From: Eledone cirrhosa
Taxonomy: Eukaryota
Reading direction: 5' to 3'
Assembly: GCA_964016885.1 (NCBI GenBank)
Contig: OZ024740.1
Coordinates: 384,462,001-384,526,000, forward strand
Length of the DNA stretch: 64,000 nt
Shown: in pieces, positions 11,660 through 28,853 of the stretch
How the letters are laid out: each line of letters begins with the position of its first letter
Numbering within the stretch: the stretch's first letter is position 1
Position numbers and translations under genes: made by a program
The notes under the pieces: generated by a model
What the model was told of the DNA's origin: nothing
Databases searched by the model: none
Seen by the model: the letters and a program-made list of their open reading frames with translations, nothing else

Positions 11660-13421
11660 TCACCTCTTCGTCTCCTGGGGATCAGGCTGCACAATTTCCA
11701 TGGGGGTGTTGGAGGGTTGTTTAGTGGGGTGGTGGTCTCTGGCGGGGTGGGGTCGGAGATATTTGGTGGGGATGGGTGTCTGGTGGGATCTAAGTGGGGG
11801 TGGGGAAACATTTTAACAGGACTCGATTGTAGGGTTTGAGGCAGGGGTTACCTACGTCGATAGGAATTTTTTCTTTTAACTGTTTATGTGTGTCCATGGA
11901 GGTCCTAATCATTTTAAGATTAGGATTCACCGAAGAGTGTGTAAAAGTTTTCCCTTCGGTCTCCACTAAAGGGTTTTTATATATGGTGTCTGTTAAAGTT
12001 TTATTGTTAGTATTTATGTAAGTGTAACATTTTTGTTGTGTTGTGTTGCTTTTTGTCAGTGGTTCTTGTGTGTGTTTACGTTTTGTAGTAGGTGTTTTGT
12101 TTTCAGGAGGGGGTGTTTTTGTTTGTGCTGTTTGCGTCGCTTGTGTTGGTGTTTGTGTTTGTTGCATTTTTGTTTGTGTTATGTATTTTCTTTTTTTCTT
12201 TTTACTGGTCGGAAAGGCTCTCCCCCATCGTCATTGGGTGACGATGATGAGGCCTCATACGTGTTGTTGGGGAGGGGTACATTTTGGGGAGCTGTCATGT
12301 GTGTGGGTATTCCTGGAGTTGTTTTAGTATTGGAGGGTTTGGTTGGACTGTGTTTGGCGTTTGTTTTGGTGTCACTATTGTTTTATGTTGTTGTTGTTCT
12401 TGTGGTAGTGGTGGTGATTGTTGTGCTGGTGTTGCAGGTGTTGGCAGTAGTGCCATTTTTGGCTAGTTAGCTGAGGACAGGAAGCTCTGAGGTGACCCCT
12501 GCTTAAGCAGTTTTAACATGAGGGCTGCCTACCCTCGACCGAAATGTTTATGTATATAAGCCCATCCAGCAGCACACATTCCGAGATCCTAGCTATTCGT
12601 TATGGTGTCATCTGGACCAGAATTTCCAGGCTATTTCCGCTGAACAGGTCGCCGGAGGACTTACCTACCGATATTATATAGTCTTTTTCTAGGTTTAAAA
12701 ATCCACATAGTACCCACCAAATATCAATATTTGGTGTGATACTTTGGACTTTTATTTTCTGTGTTCTTTTCCCCATGTAAGTGGGGAAAAGGGTGAACAG
12801 CGGTGACACAATTGGCGACACAGAATATTTCAATTGGTCTTTCTTTAGAATGGATAAACTCCCGTAGAGTCTACTCTTCTGAATAAAACCAATGTCTTTT
12901 AAGGCATTTTTTAAAGCCAAGTCAATTTCGCCTTGTGTAAGTTGAGTCGGTTTTCGGGTTTTGTTTGAGACTGTCCTGAAAATCACAGTTTTCAAAGCGG
13001 CTTCTCTTCGCAAATCAGGGGGAGAGTTTATGGAGAATGATCCGTTCTCCCCAAAAGTTACATATTGTCTGGCGTTATTCAAAAGCTCATTTGCATTTGA
13101 AATATCTACCGAAGTGTAGCTTACCGTTTTCTTTACGGTTTGCGCAAACGATACTTTGTCGTTTACTTCCTTGTTGCAGTTATTGGTCTTGTTGTTGTTA
13201 TTATTGTTCTTGTTGTTGATGTTGTTTTCGTCGTTTTTTCCGTTGTTGGTGTTGTTGTTGTTGTTGTTTGTTGTGGTTTTGTTGTCGCTGTTGTTCATCT
13301 TGTTTTCGTTGTCACTGTTGTTGTTGATGGCGTTGTTTTGGTTTGTGCCATTCACAGTGTTCGTGTTGGTGGTGCTGGTGTTGTTGTCAGGGTGGGTTTT
13401 AAACATATCGACGTGTTTCAA
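11660..13421 (-). pseudogene. Tx1 ORF1 (Asn-rich region, RRM-like core, Thr/Pro linker), disrupted
   Basis: ORFs 12600-13421 and 11790-12167 resemble the ORF1s at 35213-37188 and 51098-53083; ends MEIVQPDPQETKR*. Confidence 0.75.
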
Positions 13422-13909
13422 TGAGGCGGTACGACCTGCCTGTTGGCTTGAAGCTTTTGCCGTCCCTCCACCACCTCTGTCTAATTGTTGGCTGACAGTT
13501 TTGATGTTGTTGTTGTTTTTGTTGCTGTTGTTGTTACTGTTCTTGTTGTTGGTGATAGCAGCAGGCAGGCAGCCTTCACCTGCTACTAGTACTGTGGAAG
13601 GTTAGATTAACAGCGCATCTCCACAATTCTCCGATGTGTTTTTCGTGAAGATGGATTCAAGGAATTTGGCCAATTTGGCTATATTCAAAATTCCGGTAGA
13701 AACTTTGTGGAATTTCTCCGTTTTTCGCCCTGATGGGCTTATTATTTGGGGTTGCTACCACCTACAAAGTGTAGGGTGGCAGCTTATCTACAAAATGGTG
13801 TAAGAATGTAGATTCAGTTCATGCAATTTCCAATGAAATTAAAACATTAAAAGCGCATTTTCCACGTGTTAGACAGAACCCGAACTAGATAAAATAGATA
13901 GATAGATAT

Positions 13910-14718
13910 CTTTCCTTATTTGACACAGGGGCATACAAAAATGGGACATTACAAGACATGACGGCGGGGGTTTTACATAGAAATCATATAACTTTAACAT
14001 TAATAAATAACAATAATCTATATATAATAAAACAATTAAAATCCCCAATAGGGGGAACGTTACTGCAGGGTTATTTTACACCCCGTGGATAGAACAACCC
14101 TCAACACCAGGAACACGTTTTGTAGGTGTTCCTGTCTTCCCTTTGTTTATCTTCCTCAACCTACAGGTTTATATACAGAGAAGGCCCATTCACTCGAGCC
14201 ATTTTCGCCACATTCAACCACCTTTCAGCGAATTTACTGGGTGTAGCACCTCTCTCTCCACTCTCACCTTCCTTCTGAAGTGGTACTTAAAGAAGGGGAT
14301 GAGTTGTTGTCCGGAGAGAAAGGTGTTTGCCATCAGTCTTTTTAACCTCGTCCACCATATTACCTCTTTCGCCATAGCCACCAGACAGAGGAAAACCGCC
14401 TCTCCTTCATTCTTAAATTAAGGCGGCGGGGTGATCCTCACGATGGACTCGGCTGACAACTGGATGCGTCCCACACGTAACAGTAGCTGTTCGATATAAT
14501 TCCACAGGTTGGTCACCCCTGGGCACTGAACAATTGCGTGCAGAACGGTTTCAATATCCTGCTCGCATATTGGACAGGTCCTTTTGGCAGGATCTCTGCC
14601 AGGGCGTCCGTGCTGTAGATTTTGTCTTGAACTGGTAGAGCATCACGGTAGCACTGCCAGGCTAGAGACCTCTGGAAGTTATCCATAGGCCCTGGACGGA
14701 AAGTCCTCCCGAACAGAC
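13910..14718 (-). mobile_element. 5'-truncated Tx1 LINE in (GATA)n, head-to-tail with the previous copy
   Basis: FGRTFRPGPMDNFQRSLAWQCYR C-terminal ORF2 motif, 3' UTR motif, GATA tracts at both junctions. Confidence 0.85.
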
Positions 14719-15924
14719 ATATAGGTAGATAGATAAAGGATTGACGTTGATCGGATCGGATCGTTTCCATTCTAGTATCCTCAAACAGAATGATTCAGAG
14801 ATTGTCCTCTCAAAGTCAAATTCCTCATTGCACCCGCCTCCTTAGAAATATATATTGAAAGAGGAATCAATGCAATATTGGTCATTTCACTGTGCCTGTC
14901 AACTAGCCAGCTGTCTTCTCTTTCGTCATTTCAAAGGAAAAGAACCACGTCTTTCATCATGACTCCATGAAACCAATCGATGATAAATGACATGGTTTTG
15001 TGATAATCACCACTACCAGACATTTGAATAATCTATAGATTGTAGCTTTTCACCATTGAGAGTTCCCAAAAAAGATATGGCCATAGTCATATCTGTCAGT
15101 AATTTATTCATCCTAGTTGAGATTACCTTCCTAAACATTAGTTATTTTCTGTATCGGACAATTCCTCTCAATCGTCCCATTTTGGAAGTACATGTTGCAG
15201 CAGTTAAATATCATCATGCGAATGTAATCTAGATATCTCTGCTAGGCCTGAAATTACGTGATAGATCTCTACGTCTAAAGAATTTTCTAATAGAACAGCA
15301 GTATCCTACTTCCAGTCAGCAACACCAGAGTAACTGCACACATCAAGGAAACAAATCGTGCACAACTTCTCTCCTACGCACACAAAAGAAAGAATTGACA
15401 CCCTACAGTTCACTACAATGGCCCGATCTCGTGATATCTGATGGTCTGCCATGCCCACCACATACATATAGCATTCCCAAAACTATATTTTCTAAGATTA
15501 GTTTACTTATTAATCTCTGATTATCTGCCGACGGTCAAAGATCGATCGTCACTCGCAAAGCAATAATGCGCCTATACATGAATTAGGTTTGTTGTTCAGG
15601 TAATTATAGACAGTTCCATTCAAAAGAAAGGCAGTTAGCAAATTAGCAAAAGAAAAATATCATGCTACAAACACAGAATTTCATGTTTTTCTTTCTTCAA
15701 ACTCTGAATTTCGTGTTTTTCTTTCTTTGCCTTCTATCATATATTAACTGATTCTTTTAAAAATATATCTTGTTTCCACCACTCGTTATTCATATCTCAT
15801 TTTCACACTTTTTTTCTTCATTGATATCGGGATTCAATTTCAAGATTCCATCCGAAATACTTTGCACGTTCATTTCTATTCCGAACAGCAGCATTCAGTG
15901 CCCTCCTCTACGCGAAAGTATCCA

Positions 15925-16416
<492 letters not shown>

Positions 16417-16422
<6 letters not shown>

Positions 16423-17798
16423 GACGGGGGGGGGGAAGAAAAAATGGCTTCACTTGTGCTTTCAACAAATTTATTTTCTTCACAAAATCCAAAAAGAATT
16501 TTTTTCCGGATTAGAAAAAAAAATTTTTTCTTAAAAAAAATTATTTTATAAATTAAGTTATGTCTTAGGAGTCTTGGTTAACGTAGGAGGTACCTTTCAC
16601 GCTGAGGTGCGCTTGTCAAACTGATGTGTATGTGGTGTGTTGTTCTATATATAGGGATTTAACATGTCTGTGGTGTGGTGGGGTTGTTTTTTTCTCTCCC
16701 CCTTTTAATAAGTGTATGGGTGTAGGTGTGTTGAAAAAGTGTTAATAGCAGTAATGAGTTGAGACGGTGTGTAGGGTTGGGTGGGGAGAAATGTAGCAAG
16801 TGAGACCGGCCCCGGTCATTCTCGAAAAGTTCCTTTATTCAGGGGATTCCTTTGTGTTGAGAATGGTCACAGGCAAATCGCACCTGCCAAGTTTGTAAAC
16901 AATTATTTTTTCTGAAAAATTTTTCGAAGTCCATCCCAAAATAATCCTTTGTTCAACACACAAATATGTGCGTATATACGTACATACACACACGGGCATA
17001 TGTAGGAATTTATAGGCACACACCATATATATATATACCCATGTGGAGGCATGTGTACATATTCGTGCGTGTACGTATGTGTATGTGTATTTTTGTATGT
17101 GTCTTTATATGTTTTTGTGTATGTATGTGGATGTATATGTACATGGGTGTGTGATTGATGGTGTGCGCCTATATATTCCTACATATGCTCGTGTGTGTAT
17201 ATACGTATATACGCACATATGTGTGTGTTGAACAAAGGACTAATTTTGGGATGACGTAGAAAAATTCTCCAGAAAAAAATAATTGTTTACAAACTTGGCA
17301 GGTGCGATTTGCCTGTGACCATCCTCAACACAAAGGAATCCCCTCAATAAAGGAATTTTTCGAGAATGACCGTGGCAGGCCGCACTTGCTAAATTTCTCC
17401 CCACCCAACCCTACTCACCGTCTCAACTCATTACTGCTATTAACACTTTTTCAACACACCTACACCCATACACTTATTAAAAGGGGCTGAGAAAAAAAAA
17501 AACAAAAAAACAAACCCCACCACACCACAAACGTTAAATCCCTATATATAGAACAACACACCACATACACATCAGTTTGACAAGCGCACCTCAGCGTGAA
17601 AGGTCGTTCTAAAAACGAAACAATACCTCCTACGTTAACCAAGAACTCCTAAGACCTAACTTAATTTATAAAATAATTTTTTTTAAGAAAAAAAAATGTT
17701 TTTTCTAATCCGGAAAAAAATTATTTTTGGATTTTGTGAAGAAAATAAATTTGTTGAAAGCACAAGTGAAGCCATTTTGTCTTCCCCCTGTCTTAATA
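16417..17798. repeat. Large fold-back element (~610-640-bp inverted arms 16417-17026 / 17158-17798) with hammerhead motifs
   Basis: Arms are reverse complements along their length (e.g. ATGGCTTCACTTGTGCTTTCAACAAAT / ATTTGTTGAAAGCACAAGTGAAGCCAT); (TA)n flanks. Confidence 0.9.
16585..16622 (-). ncRNA. Hammerhead-like motif, U3-A8 variant (mirror copy 17574-17631 has a 20-nt insertion)
   Basis: Minus strand TTGACAA-GCGC(ACCTCA)GCGT-GAAA-GGTACC-TC; stem I weak. Confidence 0.6.
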
Positions 17799-17907
17799 TA
17801 CCTAACTGTACCAAGGATTACACACATTTTCCAATATATATATATATATACGTAGGAAAGTAAAAAACTCGGAGAATAGACCGTTGAAACATGTTTATTT
17901 AAAATAT

Positions 17908-17947
17908 CACCTACGTACGTTTCGCCCAGTTGGGCTTCTCAAGGGCA
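17908..17947 (-). ncRNA. Hammerhead-like motif, U3-A8 variant
   Basis: Minus strand CC-TTGAGAA-GCCCA(AC)TGGGC-GAAA-CGTACG-TA-GG. Confidence 0.65.
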
Positions 17948-20431
17948 TAAATAATCACAAGTGTTCCTTATATTGCTCGGAAAGAGTTTTGGGGGTTAAA
18001 TCCACATCAAGATTCATTGCTCGCAAAAATATCTTGTTTTGATTTTGCAGCAGGTCAAGGGAGGTAACTCTGGCCGGTGTTAGGACAGTCTTTCCCGGAT
18101 AAATTTTTTTTTTTTTTTTTTGCCGCATCCGTTTGTCTGAGGCTGGGTCTGGTATGCAAGGATTGTTTCCTGGGTGTTATTTTGCAGCGCCTGCCCGCCG
18201 GGGTTTTAAGACTTGTTGCAGGGAGATCCAGTGTACTATTTCACTCTTCATCGTTAACCCATCTTCAGATGGGTTAACGATGAAGAGTGAATTTTTTTGT
18301 ATATTACCACGGTTGACTTAATGGGCTTGGAGAGTTGACTCCCTTGATGTCTGACCACTTGATAAGTTAGGGGTTGTGCCCCTTGAGCAGGGGTGTGTCT
18401 AGCTGGTCTACCTGCTGTCTGCTACTACTCGAGACTGGACACGGTCGTAGCCACAGGCCAGCGCGTGCGCGATAGCATGGAATATATATTTTCTGCTAGT
18501 CACCCCGTGTAATATGATACCCCAAGTTTCCATGCATGAGATTCACCGAAGCATGCGCAGTCTTAACCGGGTGATGACAAACGAACTTGAAAATAACACA
18601 AGAGAGACCCTTTGGATAGCGTAGACGCCGGACCATACTCGCAAATATATACAGACCTGTCTTGAATATGCATGGCTGACGCAATATGGATAACACGACC
18701 AACATCTAAGCTGGAACCGACCCCTACAACAAACAAAGAGGGGACAGCCCTTCGCATTTGACCAGTCGCGTGTGTGCTTGGAGTTCGTAGTATACCACCC
18801 CAGTCAAATCCACACTGGTTTTTTTTACCAATATAGCATGTAAACCAATACATCCTATGCAGCGAGACCTTGGATTTAGAACCGGCAGCGTGCAATCCCC
18901 GAAAATAAAAGATCGAACTGACCACACCCAGCAACCACTAGCTATTTGATCCACAGGTACATTTCCCAGAGAGTCCACGCAGCTGATAGTGAATCCCAGT
19001 TGATTCGTGAACTCTGAACTTTTAAACAAGACCAAATGTGCCTGGAGCTATGCAGATGACTACATACGCATAATGGATATCGCGCCCACAAGGTCACCTG
19101 TATTGTTTATCCTGCTGTATGTGTGTAAAGTATCCGTGCGTGGGATATCCCTGAGTACAATTGTTAATTGATTGCTTGTTAATTACGCAGGAGTATAACA
19201 TTATGTCTTTGTTAATCATATGTGATGCTGTATGTGTGTAAACTATCCGAGAGCGGGATATCCCTGAGCGAATTTTGCTTGACCGTTAATTGTTTATTGA
19301 TTTTTTGTTAATTAGGCAGGAATATATTATTATTATGTCTTTGTTAATCCTGTATCAATAATTTTATAGTCATTTTTTAATCCAGTATCAATAGTTTTGT
19401 GATAATTTTGTAATAATTTTATAATAATTTTGTGATAATTTTATAATAATTTGTTGATAGTACATTATTAGATTACTGAAGCTACCTTATACCTTCTTAA
19501 AAATACATTTTATAATTATTGTTTTTTAAAAATACATTTTATAATTTTTGTCGTTTTGCTTATGTATTTTCTTACTTATAATTTTCTTTAATCTTGCCCA
19601 ACTTGATAAGCTCTTTTGAATTGCTCCCTAATTAAATTACTTAAATTATTTCATCTATTATACCTAAGTTGTATCTGTTGAAACAGCCCTTTGAAAATTC
19701 CTCGGATATCCCAAATACCGTAATTTTTAACTTTTAATTTATAATTTTCCTCAATTCGTTTATATATATCCTTAAAGGCTCTCTAAAATTTTAATTCTTC
19801 GAATGGTCTCTCGGAGGAGGTTCCTATTAAAAATATTAAAGGGGCCTTTTCTGAGGGGCTTATTGAAGGCTTTTTGAATTAACCTTTAATTGATTAGTTT
19901 CTTTCAACTTAGTAGAGATTATCAAAACTTCGTAAATTTTCTAAAATTTTTAACGAGATCTCTGGAGAAGAAAGTTTTTTTCTTTCGAAAGAAATTTTTT
20001 TCTCTCGAGGGAACTTCTTGGGAAACTTTATATTTTTTAGGGAAACTTTATATCTTTATTCTTTTATTTTATTTTATTAGTCTCTTAATCTCTTCTTGTT
20101 TGTTAAGTTTATTGGGGCTTGTAAGCTTTATGCAATAATTGAGGGATTTTTTAAGGTGCTTCTACGAGATCCCAAGTCTTTTACTTTTAATGCGTAAATT
20201 ATAAATTATCTAATTTTTAACCTTCAATCCCTGACTCTTAGGCAATTTTCAAATTCTCTTAACTCCCCATAACCCATCCCTTTTACGATTCCGTCAACTA
20301 ATATAAAAGAGCCCCCTTAGAATATAGACCCCAAATATACAAGCGGAGCTGCTGATGTATACCACAATTTCAAACTGCTAGTCTAAAGTGATACGTTGAT
20401 GTAAATAATGAACTTACAATCACATGTTATA

Positions 20432-20478
20432 TGCCTTGAAAAGTCCCACCATATGGTCGTACGAAATGGCTGTCGGCA
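20432..20478 (+). ncRNA. Hammerhead-like motif, U3-A8 variant
   Basis: TGCC-TTGAAAA-GT(cccACCAtaTGGTcgt)AC-GAAA-TGGCTG-TC-GGCA. Confidence 0.6.
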
Positions 20479-20646
20479 ATAAACTTGTTATAATGTCATA
20501 ATAGTTCCTCTGTTCTTTTTCATTAATATTTCTGCTCTGCTTATACGCATAGAGTTTAACTAGCTACCGTCGCATATTTGGTAGGTCAGACGTGATCATC
20601 GCGATTCACATACGACCTACCATACATCTTGCTTATATATATATAC

Positions 20647-20677
<31 letters not shown>

Positions 20678-20678
20678 C

Positions 20679-20725
<47 letters not shown>

Positions 20726-20752
20726 CATATATATATATACATATATATATAC

Positions 20753-20801
<49 letters not shown>

Positions 20802-20809
20802 CATATATA

Positions 20810-21082
20810 TATGGTGGCTGCCAACTCGTTTTCGAGTACGGCCACTACTTTATATCCATGTAGGAGAACCCCTACTGATGCGCTGAACGAGTGTGACTTT
20901 TTAGTCCAGCCAGCGACTTGAAAGCTCTGGTACAAACACTACACTTGTGACAATTATTGACACATAGTGCTGGGCCCATGGTACCATGTGACGACAAATG
21001 CAGAGAGATCTCCAGATATAAAGCAATGCCTGTGCCGTGAAGCTTTTATAGTGAGCAAAGGCACTGCACAAAGCCAGTCCCA
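20810..21082 (+). repeat. Unclassified ~270-bp dispersed repeat abutting (TA)n (second copy inverted at 59997-60269)
   Basis: ATGGTGGCTGCCAACTCGTTTTCGAG...GCACAAAGCCAGTCCCAC matches the reverse complement of 59997-60269. Confidence 0.8.
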
Positions 21083-21422
21083 CTCTCTTAACCAAGATGA
21101 TATTTACCAAAAAGAAGAACAAGTCAACATCATTGGATACCATCAGGGTTGCAGGTGTTATATCAGAGTTTTCCTTCTCCTAGAATTCTGCCTTGACAAA
21201 GGCTAAGGGGTCATCTCTCCCGGTGATTTTGGATGGCCATTCACTCTTAAGAGCTCCTTTGCCTTTTGACAGGTTTTGTTTTTAGTCCTGCAGGATGTCC
21301 AAAGTCACCCTCCTCACCAAGAAACCTTGGTGGGGTTGCCAGTTTAGTCGCCAACGACCCGACCATGGGACAGGTTGTACTGGAATACATGTTACCAGTA
21401 GCACCAACTGGTGACCTGACAT

Positions 21423-24441
<3,019 letters not shown>

Positions 24442-24537
24442 ACATTACTCCGGAGTAACCAAACAACCTGCGCACCATCGTCGATTACTCCAATCTGCAT
24501 ACTGAGGTGTCGCTAAACAACCAACATATACTAAAAG

Positions 24538-24579
<42 letters not shown>

Positions 24580-24582
24580 GTA

Positions 24583-24958
24583 TATAGAAATATTAAAGCA
24601 ACGAAATTAAACAGAAAACGGTTAATTCATAGTAAAACTCATTATTTTACGATAGTTTCTGGGTGGTAGTACCCCGTATGTCCATTCAATTATTGATCTA
24701 TGTAAAATATATTACAAAATATCATAGTAAGGAAAAATACATACGTCTTCACTACCCGCCGTCTTCAAAAATAATGAAGACGGTGGGTAGTGAAGACGCA
24801 TGTATTTTTCCTTACTATGATGTTTTGTAATATATTTTACATAGATCAATAATTGAATGGACATACGGGGTACTACCACCCAGAAACTATCGTAAAATAA
24901 TGAGTTTTACTATAAATTAACCGTTTTTTTTTTTATTTCATTGTTTTAATATTTCTAT
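24583..24958. repeat. Near-perfect ~375-bp palindrome (7-nt spacer)
   Basis: ...CTACCCGCCGTCTTCA aaaataa TGAAGACGGTGGGTAG... extending to ATAGAAATATTAAA / TTTAATATTTCTAT. Confidence 0.9.
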
Positions 24959-27812
24959 TTTTGACTCTGTATCCAATGAATTATATCGTTGAAAATTTTG
25001 TATTTTAAACTATGCTTCACGACATCTACATACAGATTACATTGAGTTCTTCATACAGTTTAGACCCTACCATTTATTGGTAGATTTATCTGTATATACG
25101 TATATATATATATATATCTTTGAGTAATAGAAGCAAAAATTACATTATCTATAATTAAATTTTACGAAGCCTATATTTATATTTGTTTTTCTATATATCA
25201 TTATCCCCATCATCATATAATAACCATTCGGAGCACATTCACAATAATATCCAGATGCTTTCGTATATATGTTTATGTATATTGAGACACATGTGATATC
25301 CTTTATGGTGAAATTGTGTCAGTAGCCTCTAATATCTGTAACACGATCTCGACTAGCGTTGTGTTAAGAACGTTGTAATAGTATGTTTCCTTATAACAAA
25401 TTCTAATCAAAAAGACAATTAGCTGAAAGCAAAAAGTTATTAAAGAAAAATATCTGAAGATTCAATTCAAACATTTCAATAAACAATTGGCTCTATTTTA
25501 TTGTAATAACCTTTCCAACACATCGTTAACAATTTTACGTCCATGCAGTTGTTAAGGAAACATTCATTTTTCACTGTGAAGTGGCAACAGGAATAAAGCA
25601 GAACGCACACGATGAATATCATTTATTTTGCTACCTAGATATGATTTCTAGTTAAAGCCACTTCAACCCATATCACTTTGGGACTAATTCACCCAATACG
25701 CCTCAATTGTGAACCCAAAGTCAGCTATATATAAATGTGTAGAAAATACATATATTTGTGGGAGATTTAATTAACTGATAGTGAAAATATTCATTATAAC
25801 TACTACATAATTCTGATTTAACTCTAAGTCGGCAAATAAAATAACATGTCTAAACTGCTAGATATGTAATAGTTGCTTGCTATATGTTATTTTATTTGTT
25901 AATATCGGTGTCAATTTGATATATTGAATGCCCTAGTGACTGGTAGTACCAGGAATGACAACTAGAATGACAATTTTTTTCTTTCAGATATTAATATGTC
26001 ATGTTCACAAATGATAGCAATGTAGTTTATGTTTGAAGGCTATAACTATTCTGGGTGGACATCCTTTCCGCCAGTGAGTTCTTTCAACATCATAGCTTCG
26101 GGCCGCAGATATCATGTGTGCTCGGCATAAGTGTTCTAATACCTCTCACTGTTAAAGTGTTTGAGACCATATTCGTTAACAGCACGTTTGAAGGCCACTA
26201 TAATAAACTGATCCTGTTGCAAATGTTTCTGTCAGTGTGTCAAATTTGACAGCATATATAGCTAATACATTTAACTGTTCTACAAATTATCTAGGAGCTA
26301 CCTTTTTATTTTCAAAGTTGCAAGCATGGGAGTGGAATCCATAATGTTACTGGGAAGGTGGCGGTATTATTACAATTGCCTTACGAGTTCAATTCTACTA
26401 CGGGGATTTTGTTTACTTGTGAAGGATATGTAACAGATCATCTCCTAACCATATTCACTTTTACAGTAAAGTCTTCAGTTTGTCTTTTTATAGGATATTT
26501 ACCGGCGAGATAAATTTGCTACCTGGAATAGTTAGCGTAAAAATGGTAGAGGCCCAATCAATTAATTGAAGTGCCATAGAAATCTCGAGTGGGAGATTGT
26601 TGTCAACTATTTTACGGCTGTGCTTCCATTACAGTTTTGTTAGTGTAAAGATAATGACTGAATTAAAACCTAGCGTAAAAGGTTGAGATTATATGAGGGG
26701 GTAGTATATGTCTGTATATGTTGTGGTACAAATATGTGATAATAAAAATGTTTTCAAAAAATTCGGTAAAGCAAAATATTCTGCTTTCTCTGCAAGAGGG
26801 GTCGTGCCCCAGTATTACAAGAAGCAATGATTACAAGGTGAACAAATGGTGATTGAACTCACCGAGGACAATGACTTCAAAGAAGGTTTATATGAAGTAT
26901 GTTATAGACGATGGTTATCCGACATTGATGATATTGATGACGGTTGGTAGCTGTTACGTTTGAGTTTCAAACAACGGTAGCCTCAGCGGAACAATTTCTG
27001 AAGAATAAGGAACAAATATTTCTAGCCACATTAACTGAAAATATATATTGCTGGTATTCAGATGAATAGGTTAGAGTGAATTCTATATAAAATCAAAACC
27101 TTTCACATTGAAGTCCGAATATATAATGTAACCTACGTTGCAGAAATAGCTGTAGTACCTGCTCCTGAGTAGGAAACGGTATTTATGGATTACATCTTAT
27201 TAAGAAGTGATAAATGGTATCGAGATTGAACTAAAAGGATGGAAGAAGTTTGGTTGGATTTTAATATCCATATTAAAATAAAGTTATTTTATACTTTTTA
27301 TAATCTTCACAGACTCAAACCTATAAGAATTCCATGTGATAATAAATGATTGGGTCTCGCAAGATTATCTCCTGCTGCAGCTGGTACTCAGTTTCAGTGG
27401 CGTGGGATAGAGCAACGTTACAGAAAGACACAATTTATGCTTTAACTCCATAACTTTTGGTATAATGTAATTACACCAAGAGAAAACTTTTATATAGTCA
27501 TACATATAGCCAGAGTAATTGGCAATCCTATGAGTAAAGTTACTTAAATTAATCGACACCACAACAGCTGGAAGCCAATGTAATGACTCTCACGTGTTAC
27601 TATGTTAATCATAAATATTGTGACGAAACCGTAAAAGACAGCCCGCAAGCTATCTAAAATGCTGTTACTGTAAAATTAATTTGGATATCGGACTATTTTG
27701 AAATGAATTTACCTTCACAAAATATGCTCGAGGTCTTAACTGCATCAGTTTCAAAGAAAATGATAAAGAAAAATCATTTCTATGGAAGACTTACATAAGA
27801 CTTTATGTGTGG

Positions 27813-27843
<31 letters not shown>

Positions 27844-28735
27844 CACATGCATAAAGATGATTATCATTATAGTATTTGAAACTAATGCCATTAGGACCCG
27901 GACAAATCTTGACGAAGGTATATTCTTTTGAAAATAACACAATGAAATGTTTCTAATAATATATTTAATAGCTTCATGGTTTGCTCCCCCCCCCCCCACA
28001 CCAAAATATTTAAAATTGAACAAATACATTATAATTGAAAATATAACTAATGCTATATACATGGAGGGTTTTCATAATATGAGATGACAGTTTATATTTT
28101 ATTTATATCCTTATAATGATTATCCAATTTCTATATGTTTTACATCATTTTCAATATTCTTCATAATTATTTCAAGGAGAAATACCCAAGAAAATTGTAG
28201 TGTTGTTGAAATAATCTCTTTTGAGTATCTCAGGTGTGTGCTCCTAATTCATTTCTTTATTTCATTTTTTTTATTTTGGGCGAATGCATTTTTTTCTGGT
28301 TAAAATGAATTCAACATTTGAAAAAGAAAATAAAAGAAATTAATTTTCATTAAACTATCTACGAATACCGTCGACAATGCTCTATCTATTAGTCTGTTAT
28401 CGCTCACTACTATCACTACAAACCTGCCTCAACGCAAAGGAAGCATAATATTTCATCGTCATTCCACAGTCCATCACATTGCAGAAGGCAGATCGTTACC
28501 ATGCATATAATATATGCAATAAACGACAAATGGTAAAAAGTTAACATTGTAATAAATCAATTTTTCCAGTTTTGCTACCGGTAAGTTAAAACGATGCGCA
28601 TCGAAATCCTCAAATCAGAGGTAATAACCACGACATTTACTTGTTTGCAGCCCACCTGAACTACGTCCAGTGGTCCAAGACAATAGCATCACATTTCACT
28701 AGAACCGATGGCGGTTGTTTCAACAGGATACTGTT

Positions 28736-28853
28736 TAAAATAGTGACTGTTTAACAAGTGACCACAAAATAGTGACTGTTAACAAGTGACCACAAAATAG
28801 CGACTGTTAACAAGTGACCATAAAATAGTGCCTCTTTAACAAATGACCATAAA
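28736..28853. repeat. Minisatellite, ~29-30-bp unit x4
   Basis: AAAATAGTGACTGTT(T)AACAAGTGACCAC repeated head-to-tail without spacers. Confidence 0.85.

Larger units (their letters stand above)
8035..13885 (-). mobile_element. Tx1-clade LINE, subfamily A, full-length but decayed, in (GATA)n
   Basis: ORF1 remnants (Asn-rich N-terminus, 11660-13600) then APE endonuclease + RT + CCHC ORF2 fragments; GATA tracts at both ends. Confidence 0.9.

Noticed and set aside
14770-15350. Possible ancient APE endonuclease remnant on the minus strand (TAVLLENSLD-like)
   Set aside because: Too degraded to support without a profile search
25950-26960. Possible CMC/EnSpm-like transposon remnant (DNFF..FF..S.VLGI; VIEL..EV...WL)
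   Set aside because: Only short motif impressions, many stops, no TIRs found
28736-28853. 29-30-bp repeats superficially CRISPR-like
   Set aside because: Head-to-tail with no unique spacers, no cas genes, eukaryotic context: a minisatellite
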